Notes under the pieces: model-generated
What the model was told of the DNA's origin: nothing
The model's database searches: none
The model's input: the letters and a program-made list of their open reading frames with translations, nothing else
Translations under genes and position numbers: made by a program
Shown here: piece after piece, positions 9,508 to 20,067 of the stretch
Layout of the letters: each line of letters starts with the position of its first letter
Numbering within the stretch: the first letter of the stretch is position 1
Origin: Candidatus Latescibacterota bacterium
Lineage (GTDB): Bacteria; Latescibacterota; UBA2968
Assembly: GCA_965222605.1 (NCBI GenBank)
Contig: OZ244960.1
Location: 832,001-896,000 of the forward strand
Reading direction: 5' to 3'
Length of the DNA: 64,000 nt

Positions 9508-10476
9508 CTATCTTCTTTTGTCTTTTGGTTGTTTTCGAATTTTCCGATTCAACTTCGCGGCTTTCACCAACTCGCGCTCCAACAATTTATAATAAGCCGC
9601 AGAATCCATCGTCGCTTTTTTTTTCACTAAAGCCTGCACCTCGTCAATCGCCTTGCCATAAGCTGCAACAAGCGTGGGCGAAGCACCTTTGGGAACGCGA
9701 AAATTGAGCAAAAAACAACGATCCGCCAACATCCCATCGCCCGCGTCAATATCGGACAGACGCGTACCCAAACCATCGCCATTATCGTCCAAAATCGCGT
9801 TCTCTGTCGCAATCAGACCCTCACCCAAAAACCACGCATCTGTCAGTGAAGATGCTTGTGTGCAAATCTCCAGAAACGAAATGCGGTCATCGCGATTCTG
9901 ATCAGCACTTCCATCCTCCAGTGCCTGCACAAAAAAATGCATAAATTGCGTAGCATTGCGCTGTTCCGTACTGCGCGTACTCGCACATATAATACGCCCA
10001 TCTCGACTCAGAGCATTGACAAAAGGCGCGCTCATCGATGCGCCATTAACAACAATAATGCGCCGCGCGGATATCGATCTCAAAAATCCATCCAGAACCT
10101 CAATTGTCAAATCCGCACCGGGAATATTCAGCTTGCCAACCTGGCGCCGATAGCTCCCGTGTCCAATCAAAAAAATGAACACATCGTCGCTCGGCGTTAC
10201 CCGTTTTGACAACTCGTGCATCGCATTTCGAATACCTCCTATTGACGACACACCATCGGCATTCTCGCCCGTCTCATTTACCAATTGCACATTTGCTGCG
10301 GGATGATCGCATCGATCAATCAGCACCCGGCGCAAACGCTGCCCCCAATCGTCAAACCGCTCGGAATACACATCCTCGCCACCACTACCGCTGATAATCA
10401 CATCGAAAATAGCGGCATCCGCCTGCGCCAACATCAACACCCATATTGGGAAAACCCATAACGCGCTTTTTTTCAC
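9508..10476 (-). CDS. Secreted caspase/C13-like (clan CD fold) hypothetical protein
   Basis: GTG overlaps upstream TGA; signal peptide ending AQADA; VFIFLIGHG motif; VVNGASMS where D-A-C-x-S is expected; ADQNRDDRISFLE Ca-loop. Confidence 0.6.
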   Translation of the reverse strand: MKKSALWVFPIWVLMLAQADAAIFDVIISGSGGEDVYSERFDDWGQRLRRVLIDRCDHPAANVQLVNETGENADGVSSIGGIRNAMHELSKRVTPSDDVFIFLIGHGSYRRQVGKLNIPGADLTIEVLDGFLRSISARRIIVVNGASMSAPFVNALSRDGRIICASTRSTEQRNATQFMHFFVQALEDGSADQNRDDRISFLEICTQASSLTDAWFLGEGLIATENAILDDNGDGLGTRLSDIDAGDGMLADRCFLLNFRVPKGASPTLVAAYGKAIDEVQALVKKKATMDSAAYYKLLERELVKAAKLNRKIRKQPKDKRR

Positions 10477-12830
10477 GGCTCTCCCCGCTTCCGTCTCAAA
10501 TACCATTCAACGCAGAGCAACAACACGAGTAAAATATAAAAAGGCGGAAAATGCCACAACGGAAAACGATCTAACCGCGCATGGGCCTGGTCGGTATATG
10601 GAATCTGCTCTGCCAATTCGTCGAGTGCGTCCAACTCGACAAATTTGCCCCCCGTATGTGCAGACAAGCGCCTTAAAAAATCGGGATTATAACGCGCAGA
10701 CAAAAACTCGAGATTATCTGGACGCGCCAGCACAGCCGCGTCCAACTGCCCAACATCCGCGCCATCGGCACCGCGTGCAATAAGTCTTACGCGGTGCAAT
10801 CCCGCTTCTGTAGCCTCAAAGGTCGCAGAATACGCACCCACCTCGGCAATAGATTCAGAAACCGGCAACCTGATCGTCCCGCCATTCGGTATCTCGACCT
10901 GTACATCGACGGACAGCCCTTCGCGGGATTCAAAAAGAGAATCGCGCACCACAAACTTCAAATCGCGCATGTCCTCCACCACGACATCCTCGCCGCTTTC
11001 GATCATCGTCACAGGCTCGGGGACCCGCATCGCCAGCAAACGCGCCAACTGCCGCCAAAAGCGTTCGTGGGCGGCATCGTCAATATTCTGCATCATCTGC
11101 CACTGCCATGTCTCGCCCGTGCCCAGCGCCGCACTCAAACCCTCTCCATACCGCTGCCAGGCAAACAGCGGTTGTCCATCCACAGCTTCAGACTCGGTAT
11201 CCACCGTCGCCATCACCGTTGCACCAGCGCGCACAGATGCAAACGCATTGACCCCGTAAAGTGCGGATAAATTCGCCCACTGCTCGGCATTGACTTCGGT
11301 ATCTTCGCTCAAAGACCAGACCCCCGACAACAAGCCTTCAATCGTCGGCCTCGCGCGAAAAGCCACATCGTCGTAATCGCCTGCCGGACCCAATACAACG
11401 GGCAACATCGATTCAATAGCCGAATGTGCCCACCCGCCCTCTGAGTAAGCGCGCGGACCGCCCAGCATCAAAAAACTGCCTCCGCGTTTGGACACAAATT
11501 CCCGCGTTAAATTGAGTTGTGCAAGAGAAAAGAAATCGCGCTCAATATCCCCCCAGATCACCAGATGGTAGCGAAAAAGCTCTGAGACATCTGAGGGATA
11601 CCCGCTCGCCAACTCCGATTTTGACACGCCAATGCGAATAAAAACCGCTTCGTCATAACGCGGCGCATTCAACGCCTGATCGTCAAAGCCCTCAAAAAGG
11701 GGATTCGCCATCGTCGCATCGCGTCCGCGGAATACAAACTTGCGTTCGGCACCAGAAATGCGAACCAGACTCGACAGAACAAGTTGCGGCGCCCCGTCTA
11801 AGGCACGCCTCAAAAACTTGCCCTCCCAGTTGGGTCGCCCGCTAAAATACAAAATGCGAAAAACGCGCTCGCGATTATCCACCAGAATATCTCGCGCATT
11901 ATTCGCAGCAATGCGATCTTTGGTCGCAACACCCGTAGTATCTGCCAAACGCGCACGCACGCGGTGCGCCAGCCATCCATCTCTTTGCGGATCAAAATGG
12001 AGCCGAACGTAATTCTCTTCTTGCGGTCCCACAATAGAAAGCGGTGACGACGCCACCACCCGCTTGCCGTCCAGTACCTCAACCATCACATCTTCACCAC
12101 CCAACCCCTCGGCCATCACCCGCGCCGTAACCGCCACCTCATCGGACCGCACGCGCGACACCGACACATCGGCCAATGCCAGGTCGCGCCAGAGATCATC
12201 GCGTCCGACCCCCACCGTAAAAACGGGCACATCGCTGGGCAAATCCGTTATCTGAACAGGCGCGGCACTTTGCTGCACCCCATCACTAAACAACACCACA
12301 GCCGACACCGCAGCACCCGACATTTGCTTGAGCACCCCGCGAACTGCGCCGCCAATATCTGATCGTCTCTGATCAAACGCGAGGCCCTCAACCTCATTTA
12401 CGCGCGCTGTTGTGCTGCCAAATCGAAACCGCGCCACCTGATGGGACTGCGTCAACACGCGCTCAAAATCCGACGCCTGATACGCCTCCACAAATCGTTC
12501 TGCTCGCGTCTGTCCACCATTTTCGGACACCGTCATACTTCGGGAATCATCGAACAAAACAGGCACAAAATGCGTGCCAGGCTCCAACTTCCGCGCCACC
12601 AGCGCAGGCCCCAATAACAAAAACAACACCAGCGTTAATGCCAGCGAGCGCAACCCAATCAACACCTTTGAAAGTGTGGGTCGTCGCCTGTGCCAGAACC
12701 CCACACCCGCACAAAAAACAACGCCGAGCAAGACCAGCGCCACAGGCCATGCGACATCCAGTACAAACCGCACATCGCGATACGCAACGGCGCGATCTCC
12801 GGCCAATAAGTGTAATAACCAGTCAGTCAT
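10473..12830 (-). CDS. Membrane protein with vWA and glutamine-amidotransferase-like domains
   Basis: Two N-terminal TM helices, MIDAS FDDSRS, VLFSDG, GGSFLMLGG, C-terminal TM ending EWYLRRKRG. Confidence 0.75.
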   Translation of the reverse strand: MTDWLLHLLAGDRAVAYRDVRFVLDVAWPVALVLLGVVFCAGVGFWHRRRPTLSKVLIGLRSLALTLVLFLLLGPALVARKLEPGTHFVPVLFDDSRSMTVSENGGQTRAERFVEAYQASDFERVLTQSHQVARFRFGSTTARVNEVEGLAFDQRRSDIGGAVRGVLKQMSGAAVSAVVLFSDGVQQSAAPVQITDLPSDVPVFTVGVGRDDLWRDLALADVSVSRVRSDEVAVTARVMAEGLGGEDVMVEVLDGKRVVASSPLSIVGPQEENYVRLHFDPQRDGWLAHRVRARLADTTGVATKDRIAANNARDILVDNRERVFRILYFSGRPNWEGKFLRRALDGAPQLVLSSLVRISGAERKFVFRGRDATMANPLFEGFDDQALNAPRYDEAVFIRIGVSKSELASGYPSDVSELFRYHLVIWGDIERDFFSLAQLNLTREFVSKRGGSFLMLGGPRAYSEGGWAHSAIESMLPVVLGPAGDYDDVAFRARPTIEGLLSGVWSLSEDTEVNAEQWANLSALYGVNAFASVRAGATVMATVDTESEAVDGQPLFAWQRYGEGLSAALGTGETWQWQMMQNIDDAAHERFWRQLARLLAMRVPEPVTMIESGEDVVVEDMRDLKFVVRDSLFESREGLSVDVQVEIPNGGTIRLPVSESIAEVGAYSATFEATEAGLHRVRLIARGADGADVGQLDAAVLARPDNLEFLSARYNPDFLRRLSAHTGGKFVELDALDELAEQIPYTDQAHARLDRFPLWHFPPFYILLVLLLCVEWYLRRKRGEP

Positions 12831-12878
12831 AGAATGCGAGTAAACAGAATTTTAAGACGACCTGGTTGGGTGTGTCAG

Positions 12879-13526
12879 TCATGGGGGATATACCTCTCCG
12901 GGGTCAAACGATTGACCGAGAAACCGCAAGGCTCTTTCCAAGGTACCGAAGCACGGCACATCGGCGTCTCGCAAGCGGTCAAAGTCGAGCATCTGCGTCA
13001 TCGGAAGTTGGTCAAGCGTTGGTTTGTAGCTTCTATTCGGCGGAAAGTGGCGAGACAACCACTCTTTGACGCCCCTACTTGCTTCCCACGATGTGTGATC
13101 CCATATCGTTCCCGCTTTCAGACCGGGACGATCTCGTCCTGCCTGATCTTTGACCGGTTTGCCTGCTATGAGATCAAGGCAAGGCAGGAAAAGCACTTCA
13201 TATTCGGGTTTTAGCAAGACGACTGAGGACGGAAAGGGGAGGTTGAGTTGTCGCAGCCAGTTCGCCATCTCTGGTCCTCGTTCTTTCGGACAGTCATCGT
13301 CTTCGTCGCGGAGTATAAGGAGCGCGCGGACATTTGCCCGTGCGCGAATGAACTCTGCTCCTTTTCGCAGGCCCTCTTCCGAGTGTAGATTTTTCCAGCG
13401 AATAGGATTTGACCAGGGAAAATAAATGCCGAGATCAGCGGAAAGTCGCGTGAGAAGATTTCCCACTGCTTGGACCTCGCCGTGTCCTTCCACCAAGGCG
13501 TAAGCTGTTCCCCCCGGGTTTATCAC
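12879..13526 (-). CDS. DUF4276-like TOPRIM-fold protein
   Basis: LVEGHGE, LRDEDDDCP, EYEVLFL, YKPTLDQ; coupled to upstream ATPase by GTGA overlap. Confidence 0.75.
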   Translation of the reverse strand: MINPGGTAYALVEGHGEVQAVGNLLTRLSADLGIYFPWSNPIRWKNLHSEEGLRKGAEFIRARANVRALLILRDEDDDCPKERGPEMANWLRQLNLPFPSSVVLLKPEYEVLFLPCLDLIAGKPVKDQAGRDRPGLKAGTIWDHTSWEASRGVKEWLSRHFPPNRSYKPTLDQLPMTQMLDFDRLRDADVPCFGTLERALRFLGQSFDPGEVYPP

Positions 13527-14677
13527 TTCGCGGTCTCCTGTTCCTCTTGCCGCAGTCCCTCCATTGTCATCAGTTCGCCCAACCTTAAAAGACGATCAGA
13601 GACCGCTTTGCGTTGGTATTGGGCCATAGGGTGGATGCTCGTCGCGCCATTTGTGCGTTCCACAACTTGGACTTCGTGTGGTTTTACCAAGTCCAAAAAT
13701 TCGGGGCTGTGAGTTGTGATGATGACTTGGCTTTGCTTGCTGGCCTGTCGCAAATAGTCCATCAGGAGGGGTAATGCGCCGGGATGAACGGTCAGTTCAG
13801 GTTCTTCAATGCCAATAATTGGCAACGGTGGTTCTTGGAGCAGAGCTGTCAAGATTCCCGCGACGCGGAGTGTGCCATCGGATTCTTGTGCCGCATCGAA
13901 CCACTGGCTCCGTCCTTTCGGCTTGCGCCGAAATTGAGCCACCAAGTAGTTTGCTATCCTATTTACCTTGATACCTCTAATATCCCCAGTGAGACGATTA
14001 AGTCCCGCCACAACCTCAGGCTCCCAGGTTGACTGTTTCTGATCTTGCAAGATTGAGACCCAGTTATCGCCGTGTTTGTGCATCGGCTTGTCTGGATTGT
14101 ACTTCTGGGGCTGTCTCAGAGTATCGGGATAAATTGAATAAATCACCAATCGTGAGAGCAGATCAAAGAGAGGGGTGAACCGCTTGTCTCCAGCGACTGT
14201 TGGAAGCGCAAGGCTGGTGGGGTTTATTTTTGGCTCAAGTCCCGGCGGTCCGAGCCATCTACGCGATCCGTCATGATGATCACGCGTGAAACTCACTTCG
14301 TCTCGGTCTGTAGAAAGACGCGCCTCTTCCAATTTGACTCCGAACGCTTGGCCTTGATACGAAGCGATTTCGAATGCGTAGGAGCCTGGGCATGATTCCA
14401 GTTTAACGTCGAGCTTGATGGAAATGTTGTGTGGATCGCTTGAACCCCGATGCCTGATCGCGTCAAAGCCTCCCCGAACGCTAAGTGCGTGTGAGAGGCC
14501 CATGTGCATGGCATCGCGGACAAAGGTAAGCACATCGACAACATTGCTCTTGCCCGAGCCATTGGGGCCGACGAGAACAGTCATGGGTCCCAAAGGAATG
14601 TGCTGCTCCCGTCCTATACTTTTGTAGTTCGAGACAGTGATTCCCGTGATTTTTGTACGCTGTTCGTTCATGTTCAA
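13523..14677 (-). CDS. ABC-type AAA_21 ATPase (defence-associated type)
   Basis: Walker A GPNGSGKS, signature ESDGT, Walker B IGIEEPE, H-loop ITTHSP; start 14677 (TTG) or 14671 (ATG). Confidence 0.88.
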   Translation of the reverse strand: MNMNEQRTKITGITVSNYKSIGREQHIPLGPMTVLVGPNGSGKSNVVDVLTFVRDAMHMGLSHALSVRGGFDAIRHRGSSDPHNISIKLDVKLESCPGSYAFEIASYQGQAFGVKLEEARLSTDRDEVSFTRDHHDGSRRWLGPPGLEPKINPTSLALPTVAGDKRFTPLFDLLSRLVIYSIYPDTLRQPQKYNPDKPMHKHGDNWVSILQDQKQSTWEPEVVAGLNRLTGDIRGIKVNRIANYLVAQFRRKPKGRSQWFDAAQESDGTLRVAGILTALLQEPPLPIIGIEEPELTVHPGALPLLMDYLRQASKQSQVIITTHSPEFLDLVKPHEVQVVERTNGATSIHPMAQYQRKAVSDRLLRLGELMTMEGLRQEEQETAK

Positions 14678-14916
14678 CTCTCTTTCAGCAAAGCATTTAG
14701 AGTCTCTAACATTTTCCGAAAACGATCAAGAGTCGATTCGTCTAACTCTTTCTCAAGTGAACTTATCTGATCGCTGAAGTAGCGAGCCGGGCGGTAATGG
14801 CTGAAGCCTGCCTTATTCGGCTTCTGCTCGATCCGCGCGATGACATCGGGCGGAAGCGGCCGGAGGTCGTCGAGCTCTCTCTTGAGGCGATCAACGGTTT
14901 CGATGATGTTGGGCAT
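14674..14916 (-). pseudogene. Chimeric 80-aa ORF: Fic-like N-terminus fused to an ATPase/OLD-like C-terminal tail
   Basis: VDRLKRELDDLRPLPPDVIARIEQK resembles Fic-protein N-termini; FSHYRPARYF...STLDRFRKMLETLNALL resembles ATPase/OLD-like C-termini; no Fic catalytic motif. Confidence 0.55.
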
Positions 14917-14917
14917 A

Positions 14918-17900
14918 TCACTTCTCACGTTCCGTCAATGCCTTAAAATACTCGGCAACGCGGATGCGGTATTGCTCGGGAATTTCATCCGCCTTGCCAG
15001 CGGAAAGGCCATAATCGCTTTTTTGCTCTCGAATCAGCTCCGATAACTCTTCGGCAGACAGCGTCAAAGGCTTGATCGCGCGATCAAAAATCAAATCGTA
15101 TTGCGGCACCGCTCCCTTGCGATAATAATCGCGCCCAATACCCGCCAGATCTTCGCGGATACCCGTCAAACGCTGTCGCAGATCCAAATCAGCCGGCAAA
15201 AGCGACTCGGCCTCGCGCAATCGATCCATCCAATCGCGAAAACCGCTTTCTGCAAAGCGGCGCAACGCATCGGGGCTTTGCGGTCCCCATCCAAAACGCC
15301 CATCGCGACCATCCGATTCTCCACCCATCACCCCCTCCAGACGCTCCTGCGCCCGCTCCAATGCCTCCAGATCGTCGCGCACCAGAAATTGCGCGACACC
15401 ATCGAGTTTTTCAGCCGCCTGATCCAATTTATCCGCCACATCGCGCTCGTGTTTTTCCGATGCATTCCACGCCCCCAATCTCACCAATCGCTCGCCCGCT
15501 TGCATATCTTCAAAAATGCCCTCTCGGCTCGTCTCGCGCAGCCAGTCATTGAGCTTTTGCGCCATCAATCCCTGGCTTTCAGCGGCCTTTTCTGCCAACG
15601 CACTCGCCTCCTCCATCATATCGCGGAACTCATCGGCCGCGCGTTGCTTGCCCTCGAGCATCTCTCTCAACCCACGCTCCGAATCAGACAGCGTTCCGCG
15701 TCGCGCCTGCTGATCCTGTGCCTGCGCGACCAAACCGCGCTGTTGGGCGCGCAAACTGTCCATCTTTTCTTGCAACATTTTCACGCGCTCAGCAGCCGCC
15801 CCGCGCGATAAATTGCCCAATTGCTCCTGCACATCGCGCAATGCGTCCAAAGCGCGATTGCCCGCAGCCCGTGCTCGTTGCAACTGATCGTTCTCCAGAT
15901 TTTGCGCGCTGCGACTCATTTGCCGCCGCGCACCTTCCAATTGCTCCCGCGCCCGCCGCGCCTGTTGCGGGTCCATCTCTCCAGACGCAATCTCGCCATT
16001 GACCGCATCGAGTGCGTCCATTGTCTGACGCTGCGCCTCGCGCAACTGCTCCAGGCGTCGTTCGGCCTCTTCCCGCGCTTCGCTATCCAATTTTTCCACC
16101 TCTGAAATCAACTGTGCCACATCTTCGTTAATCGCCGCCTGCCGCCTGGTCAATTCCTCAATTTTGTTTTTCGCCTCTGCCGTCTCGGCAAGTTGCTGTT
16201 GCAATGTAGATGCCTCTTCCCGAAAATCTCGCCGCTGCGCCAACTCCAGGCCATCCAACTCGCGTTGCTGGGCACCGCGCGCACCGCCGCGCTGACGCTG
16301 CCTATTTTGTACGACCTCAGCCTCTCTCGGTCTCCTCTGCAAAAGGTGCCGATAAGCGCGCTGTGCATGTCCCAATGCCCTTGCCAATGCCGCATCGGGA
16401 TCGTCAAAAGACGCCTCGCTCAGTGCCCCGATAACACCTGCAAACTCGGCTTCCAAATCCGGGGCACTATTCCTCACAGAACCCTGAACTGTCTCCTGCG
16501 CTTCAATAATAGCGTGCTTCTGCTCATCGTATTCTTCCCGGTCCATCCCCGCCGCGCCTTTACGCAAATTCCAGATCGCAATAATCACCTGTTTCTGGTC
16601 CTCTGCACCACCCCGCTGTCCCCTGCCCTGCCTCTGCTGACCGCCCTCATTGCTTATGGCATTGCGATAAAGCCGTTCAAAAGGCCGAATCTCCAAAAAA
16701 TAGGGATCCCCCAGATTCTCCACCTCAGACCGTCCGGGCTTGCCATCTTCTGCCCAAACCGTCCAGGTGATAAAATCGCCCGCCGCGAGATCCAGATCTT
16801 CCAATGCCATCGGATACTCGCCCTCGGCACTCTCTATCCGCGTTGTCTCCGTCTTAAGAGAAATCCGCACGGGATCGCGCCCTGCCACCTCGTATTGCAA
16901 ACCGTAATCCACAAGCCTGTAATCATCTTTTATCGAAAACCCAAATGCTACTTCCTCAATTGCCGTAGCTTCGTCATCCCCGCGTGGGAAACGAACCTGG
17001 ATGCGCGGCGGCTGATCGACCTTCGCCGTAATTTTATATGCGCGTGCATACTCGTTTTTTTCGCCCTCTACATCTCGCAATCCTACCTCGTATGTACCGT
17101 TCTCTGTAATAGACAGCACGCCTTCCCAAACGGCATCGTCCGATTTTTTCAACGCCATTTCTTCCCCACCATCCAATACCAGGGCTGCCTTCTCCAACAC
17201 TTTATTCACCGTCACTGACACCACCACCTCCGTGCCTTCAGGAGCCGTAATATCGCCCCCATAAGGGACCTCGCGGTCCTCCATCTCCAAATAGTCGGGA
17301 TAGCGATACAAAAGCCCAATCGACACGACTTCGGGCGGCGTCCACACCGAAAATGTATATACATCGGAACGATAAGACCCAACCTGCACCTGGTATTCTG
17401 TATCGGCATACAAATCGCGCAATTGATGGGCAAACACATCGCCAGTCTCTCCAGGCTCTAAAGGCGCGGTTTGCCAATCGCCACCCGATGTCCGCCACTG
17501 AATCGCCTTGCTCGCCCCTGTGAGATCTGTCGTCACCCACACCATCTGATGCGCCCCGCGCCGCACCCGCGCATCGCCCGGTTCAACAGTATAGGGCAAT
17601 GGCAAAGTCGGTACAAAAAACAACCGTCCCGCAATATCGCCCAGATTAACCTGCCACAACGCCACGAGCAACACAACAGCCCCCAATCCCCAAACCCCAA
17701 CAACCGCACGGCGCACACGCTTCAAAACGCGCAAATCAATCACAGGAGGAGCCTGTATCGCCGACAATTCACGCACCTGCTGAAACACCTGATCGGTCAT
17801 CCACTCGGAAACCGGCGTTGACCCGTGCAGCGACACACTACTCACAATCAGATCCTCGAGCGCGGGATGGTGTGCATCGAGAAACAGCGCGATCTGCTCT

Positions 17901-18151
17901 CGTGTCACCACCGTCCGCTGCGGCACATACAACCACTTATACCCTGCACCAACGACCAGAATAAAAAATGTTAGCACCGGCACAATCACGGGCACGCGAT
18001 CCACAAAAACCACCACAGCGCACAACCCAATCAACAAACCCAAAAACACCGCGCCAAATATCAGCCGCCCCTGCAAACGTCGCCGCCGTTCAAACTGCGC
18101 GGCCACTTCGCGGATCGCGTGTTCCAATTTAAGCGGTAGCAATGGTATCAT
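14918..18151 (-). CDS. Large membrane-anchored beta-sandwich plus coiled-coil protein (DUF4175-like)
   Basis: N-terminal TMs, DQPPRI, KDDYRL, EIRPFE, long Q/E/R heptads, C-terminal IPEQYR.RVAEYFKAL. Confidence 0.7.
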   Translation of the reverse strand: MIPLLPLKLEHAIREVAAQFERRRRLQGRLIFGAVFLGLLIGLCAVVVFVDRVPVIVPVLTFFILVVGAGYKWLYVPQRTVVTREQIALFLDAHHPALEDLIVSSVSLHGSTPVSEWMTDQVFQQVRELSAIQAPPVIDLRVLKRVRRAVVGVWGLGAVVLLVALWQVNLGDIAGRLFFVPTLPLPYTVEPGDARVRRGAHQMVWVTTDLTGASKAIQWRTSGGDWQTAPLEPGETGDVFAHQLRDLYADTEYQVQVGSYRSDVYTFSVWTPPEVVSIGLLYRYPDYLEMEDREVPYGGDITAPEGTEVVVSVTVNKVLEKAALVLDGGEEMALKKSDDAVWEGVLSITENGTYEVGLRDVEGEKNEYARAYKITAKVDQPPRIQVRFPRGDDEATAIEEVAFGFSIKDDYRLVDYGLQYEVAGRDPVRISLKTETTRIESAEGEYPMALEDLDLAAGDFITWTVWAEDGKPGRSEVENLGDPYFLEIRPFERLYRNAISNEGGQQRQGRGQRGGAEDQKQVIIAIWNLRKGAAGMDREEYDEQKHAIIEAQETVQGSVRNSAPDLEAEFAGVIGALSEASFDDPDAALARALGHAQRAYRHLLQRRPREAEVVQNRQRQRGGARGAQQRELDGLELAQRRDFREEASTLQQQLAETAEAKNKIEELTRRQAAINEDVAQLISEVEKLDSEAREEAERRLEQLREAQRQTMDALDAVNGEIASGEMDPQQARRAREQLEGARRQMSRSAQNLENDQLQRARAAGNRALDALRDVQEQLGNLSRGAAAERVKMLQEKMDSLRAQQRGLVAQAQDQQARRGTLSDSERGLREMLEGKQRAADEFRDMMEEASALAEKAAESQGLMAQKLNDWLRETSREGIFEDMQAGERLVRLGAWNASEKHERDVADKLDQAAEKLDGVAQFLVRDDLEALERAQERLEGVMGGESDGRDGRFGWGPQSPDALRRFAESGFRDWMDRLREAESLLPADLDLRQRLTGIREDLAGIGRDYYRKGAVPQYDLIFDRAIKPLTLSAEELSELIREQKSDYGLSAGKADEIPEQYRIRVAEYFKALTEREK

Positions 18152-20067
18152 GTCTGCACTCCCCGCGCGCTCAAATACGCGGCGTAAAAATGTTCGATTA
18201 AAAGCAAAACGATCAAAAATCCGAGTATCCAGCGACCGTATTCATACACAATCGAAAGATCAGCTAATTGTTTGCCATCTCTCTGAAATAACACGGGCGC
18301 ATCGCACAGCCGAATCTCAAATTCCGCGGGCGTTATTCGCGCCAGATCGCTTTCTCGATCCGCGACATTAACGGCTGCAATTTGCGTCTCCCACTGATAT
18401 ACGCCAGGCGCGTAAAATATGCGGGCATCGCCAACTACAAAATCCGATCCCTCTGGTCCCATAACCCGTTTCATCTCATCAGGAGCACTTATGGCATCGC
18501 CCACCAGATAATCTGTCTCAATCTCCCGATCACCGGATAAATAGCGCAACGTCTCGTGCAACAAAGGCACAAACCGCGGCGTTCGCGCCAGATTTGACCG
18601 ATCAAACCCCATCCCACCGGCCCAGATCACGATGCGACCTTCTCCTATTTTGCCTTCGACAATAGCGGGCATAAGATCGTCGTATTTTGCCAGCACCACG
18701 GCTGAACTGTCGGCGGTGAGGATGTGGTAATTTTCATAGCGCACAGATGAAAAATCGTTAAACCGCGCCCCCCTGAAAGGACGAAAAATGGGATGTTCCA
18801 AATCGACCCACGCCAGCGCGGCATACCCCGCATCCTCTACCCCTGAAACCCGGATATTCGCGCGCGCGAGCAAGGCATTCACAGACTGGATATCGGCATC
18901 CTTGCGAAGCGGCAAAAATAGCGCACCACCTGCTTCAACATATTTTACAAACTCGCTCCCAGAAGTTACATCCTCGGCAATCACTGCCGAACCCATAAGT
19001 TCTCCCGACCAGATCAAACGCCAGTCTGCGCCCTCGGACACAGCAGCCTTGAGCATAAACCGCGTGACCTCCGATGTGTTCAATACCGCGATCGGATGTC
19101 GCGGCCTGGCAATCCACGCAAAAAAACGGCGATCATCTCGCCTCAAGCCATCGCCCTGGGCAAGCGCGACATATCCGTTTATCCCATCCTCCAAAGGCGT
19201 GGAGAAAGCCACCTGCGTCGCATTGCCCTGCAACACCGTCACATCGCGCGTTTCTACCACTTCTCCATCGACCACCATTTGCACAGCAAGCGCGCCTTGC
19301 CCAGACCAATTTCTCACCCGAGCGCGAACCCGTAATACATCGTCCTTTACAGCTCGAACAGCGAGCGCGTCAACCGACGCATTGGACACAGAACTCGCCC
19401 CCACATCCACAGCTTGAAGCTCAATCGCACCCGGCAAACGCCACCCCATATCGGACAGCGGCATACCACTCGCCTGAAAATCGCTAATCACATGCACCAC
19501 GCGCTGCACCCGCGCGGTATCGGCTGCAAAAACATGCTCAACCGCCTGAAGTGCCGCAGCATAATCGGTATGTGCCCATGTCACATCGGCGATCTCAATA
19601 GCGCGTCGCACATCTGCCACATCGCCCGAAAGCGGTACATCGACCAAAGCCTGCTGTGCAAATCGCACGAACCCAACCCGGTCTCCCGGTGCCACAGTCT
19701 CCAGCACGGATTTTGCCTCTATTTTCGCGCGCTCCCACACCCCATCATATCCCATACTCAGCGAAACATCCATCGCAATCACATGATCAGTCGTCCCAGA
19801 AGACGCCGCCTCAGCATTCAACAACACATCGCGGAAAGGCCGCGCAAACGCAAGTGCCAGAGCGACCAACGCGGCCATTCGCAACAACATCAACACAATA
19901 TGTTGAACGCGCCTGCGCTCAATCACCTCGCGCTTGACATCGGGCACAAACATCAAACTGCTAAACCGCACGGTCTCGCGCTCGGGGCGGCGAATGCGAT
20001 GCACAAAATAGGGAATGCCAATCAGCGCAACACCAAATGCAAATAGCGGGACCAGCAACCCCATCAC
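18148..20067 (-). CDS. BatA domain plus vWA protein
   Basis: IPYFVH...RFSSLMF...LLRMAALVALALAFARP (BatA), MIDAS MDVSLS, ISDFQ, C-terminal TM. Confidence 0.85.
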   Translation of the reverse strand: MMGLLVPLFAFGVALIGIPYFVHRIRRPERETVRFSSLMFVPDVKREVIERRRVQHIVLMLLRMAALVALALAFARPFRDVLLNAEAASSGTTDHVIAMDVSLSMGYDGVWERAKIEAKSVLETVAPGDRVGFVRFAQQALVDVPLSGDVADVRRAIEIADVTWAHTDYAAALQAVEHVFAADTARVQRVVHVISDFQASGMPLSDMGWRLPGAIELQAVDVGASSVSNASVDALAVRAVKDDVLRVRARVRNWSGQGALAVQMVVDGEVVETRDVTVLQGNATQVAFSTPLEDGINGYVALAQGDGLRRDDRRFFAWIARPRHPIAVLNTSEVTRFMLKAAVSEGADWRLIWSGELMGSAVIAEDVTSGSEFVKYVEAGGALFLPLRKDADIQSVNALLARANIRVSGVEDAGYAALAWVDLEHPIFRPFRGARFNDFSSVRYENYHILTADSSAVVLAKYDDLMPAIVEGKIGEGRIVIWAGGMGFDRSNLARTPRFVPLLHETLRYLSGDREIETDYLVGDAISAPDEMKRVMGPEGSDFVVGDARIFYAPGVYQWETQIAAVNVADRESDLARITPAEFEIRLCDAPVLFQRDGKQLADLSIVYEYGRWILGFLIVLLLIEHFYAAYLSARGVQT

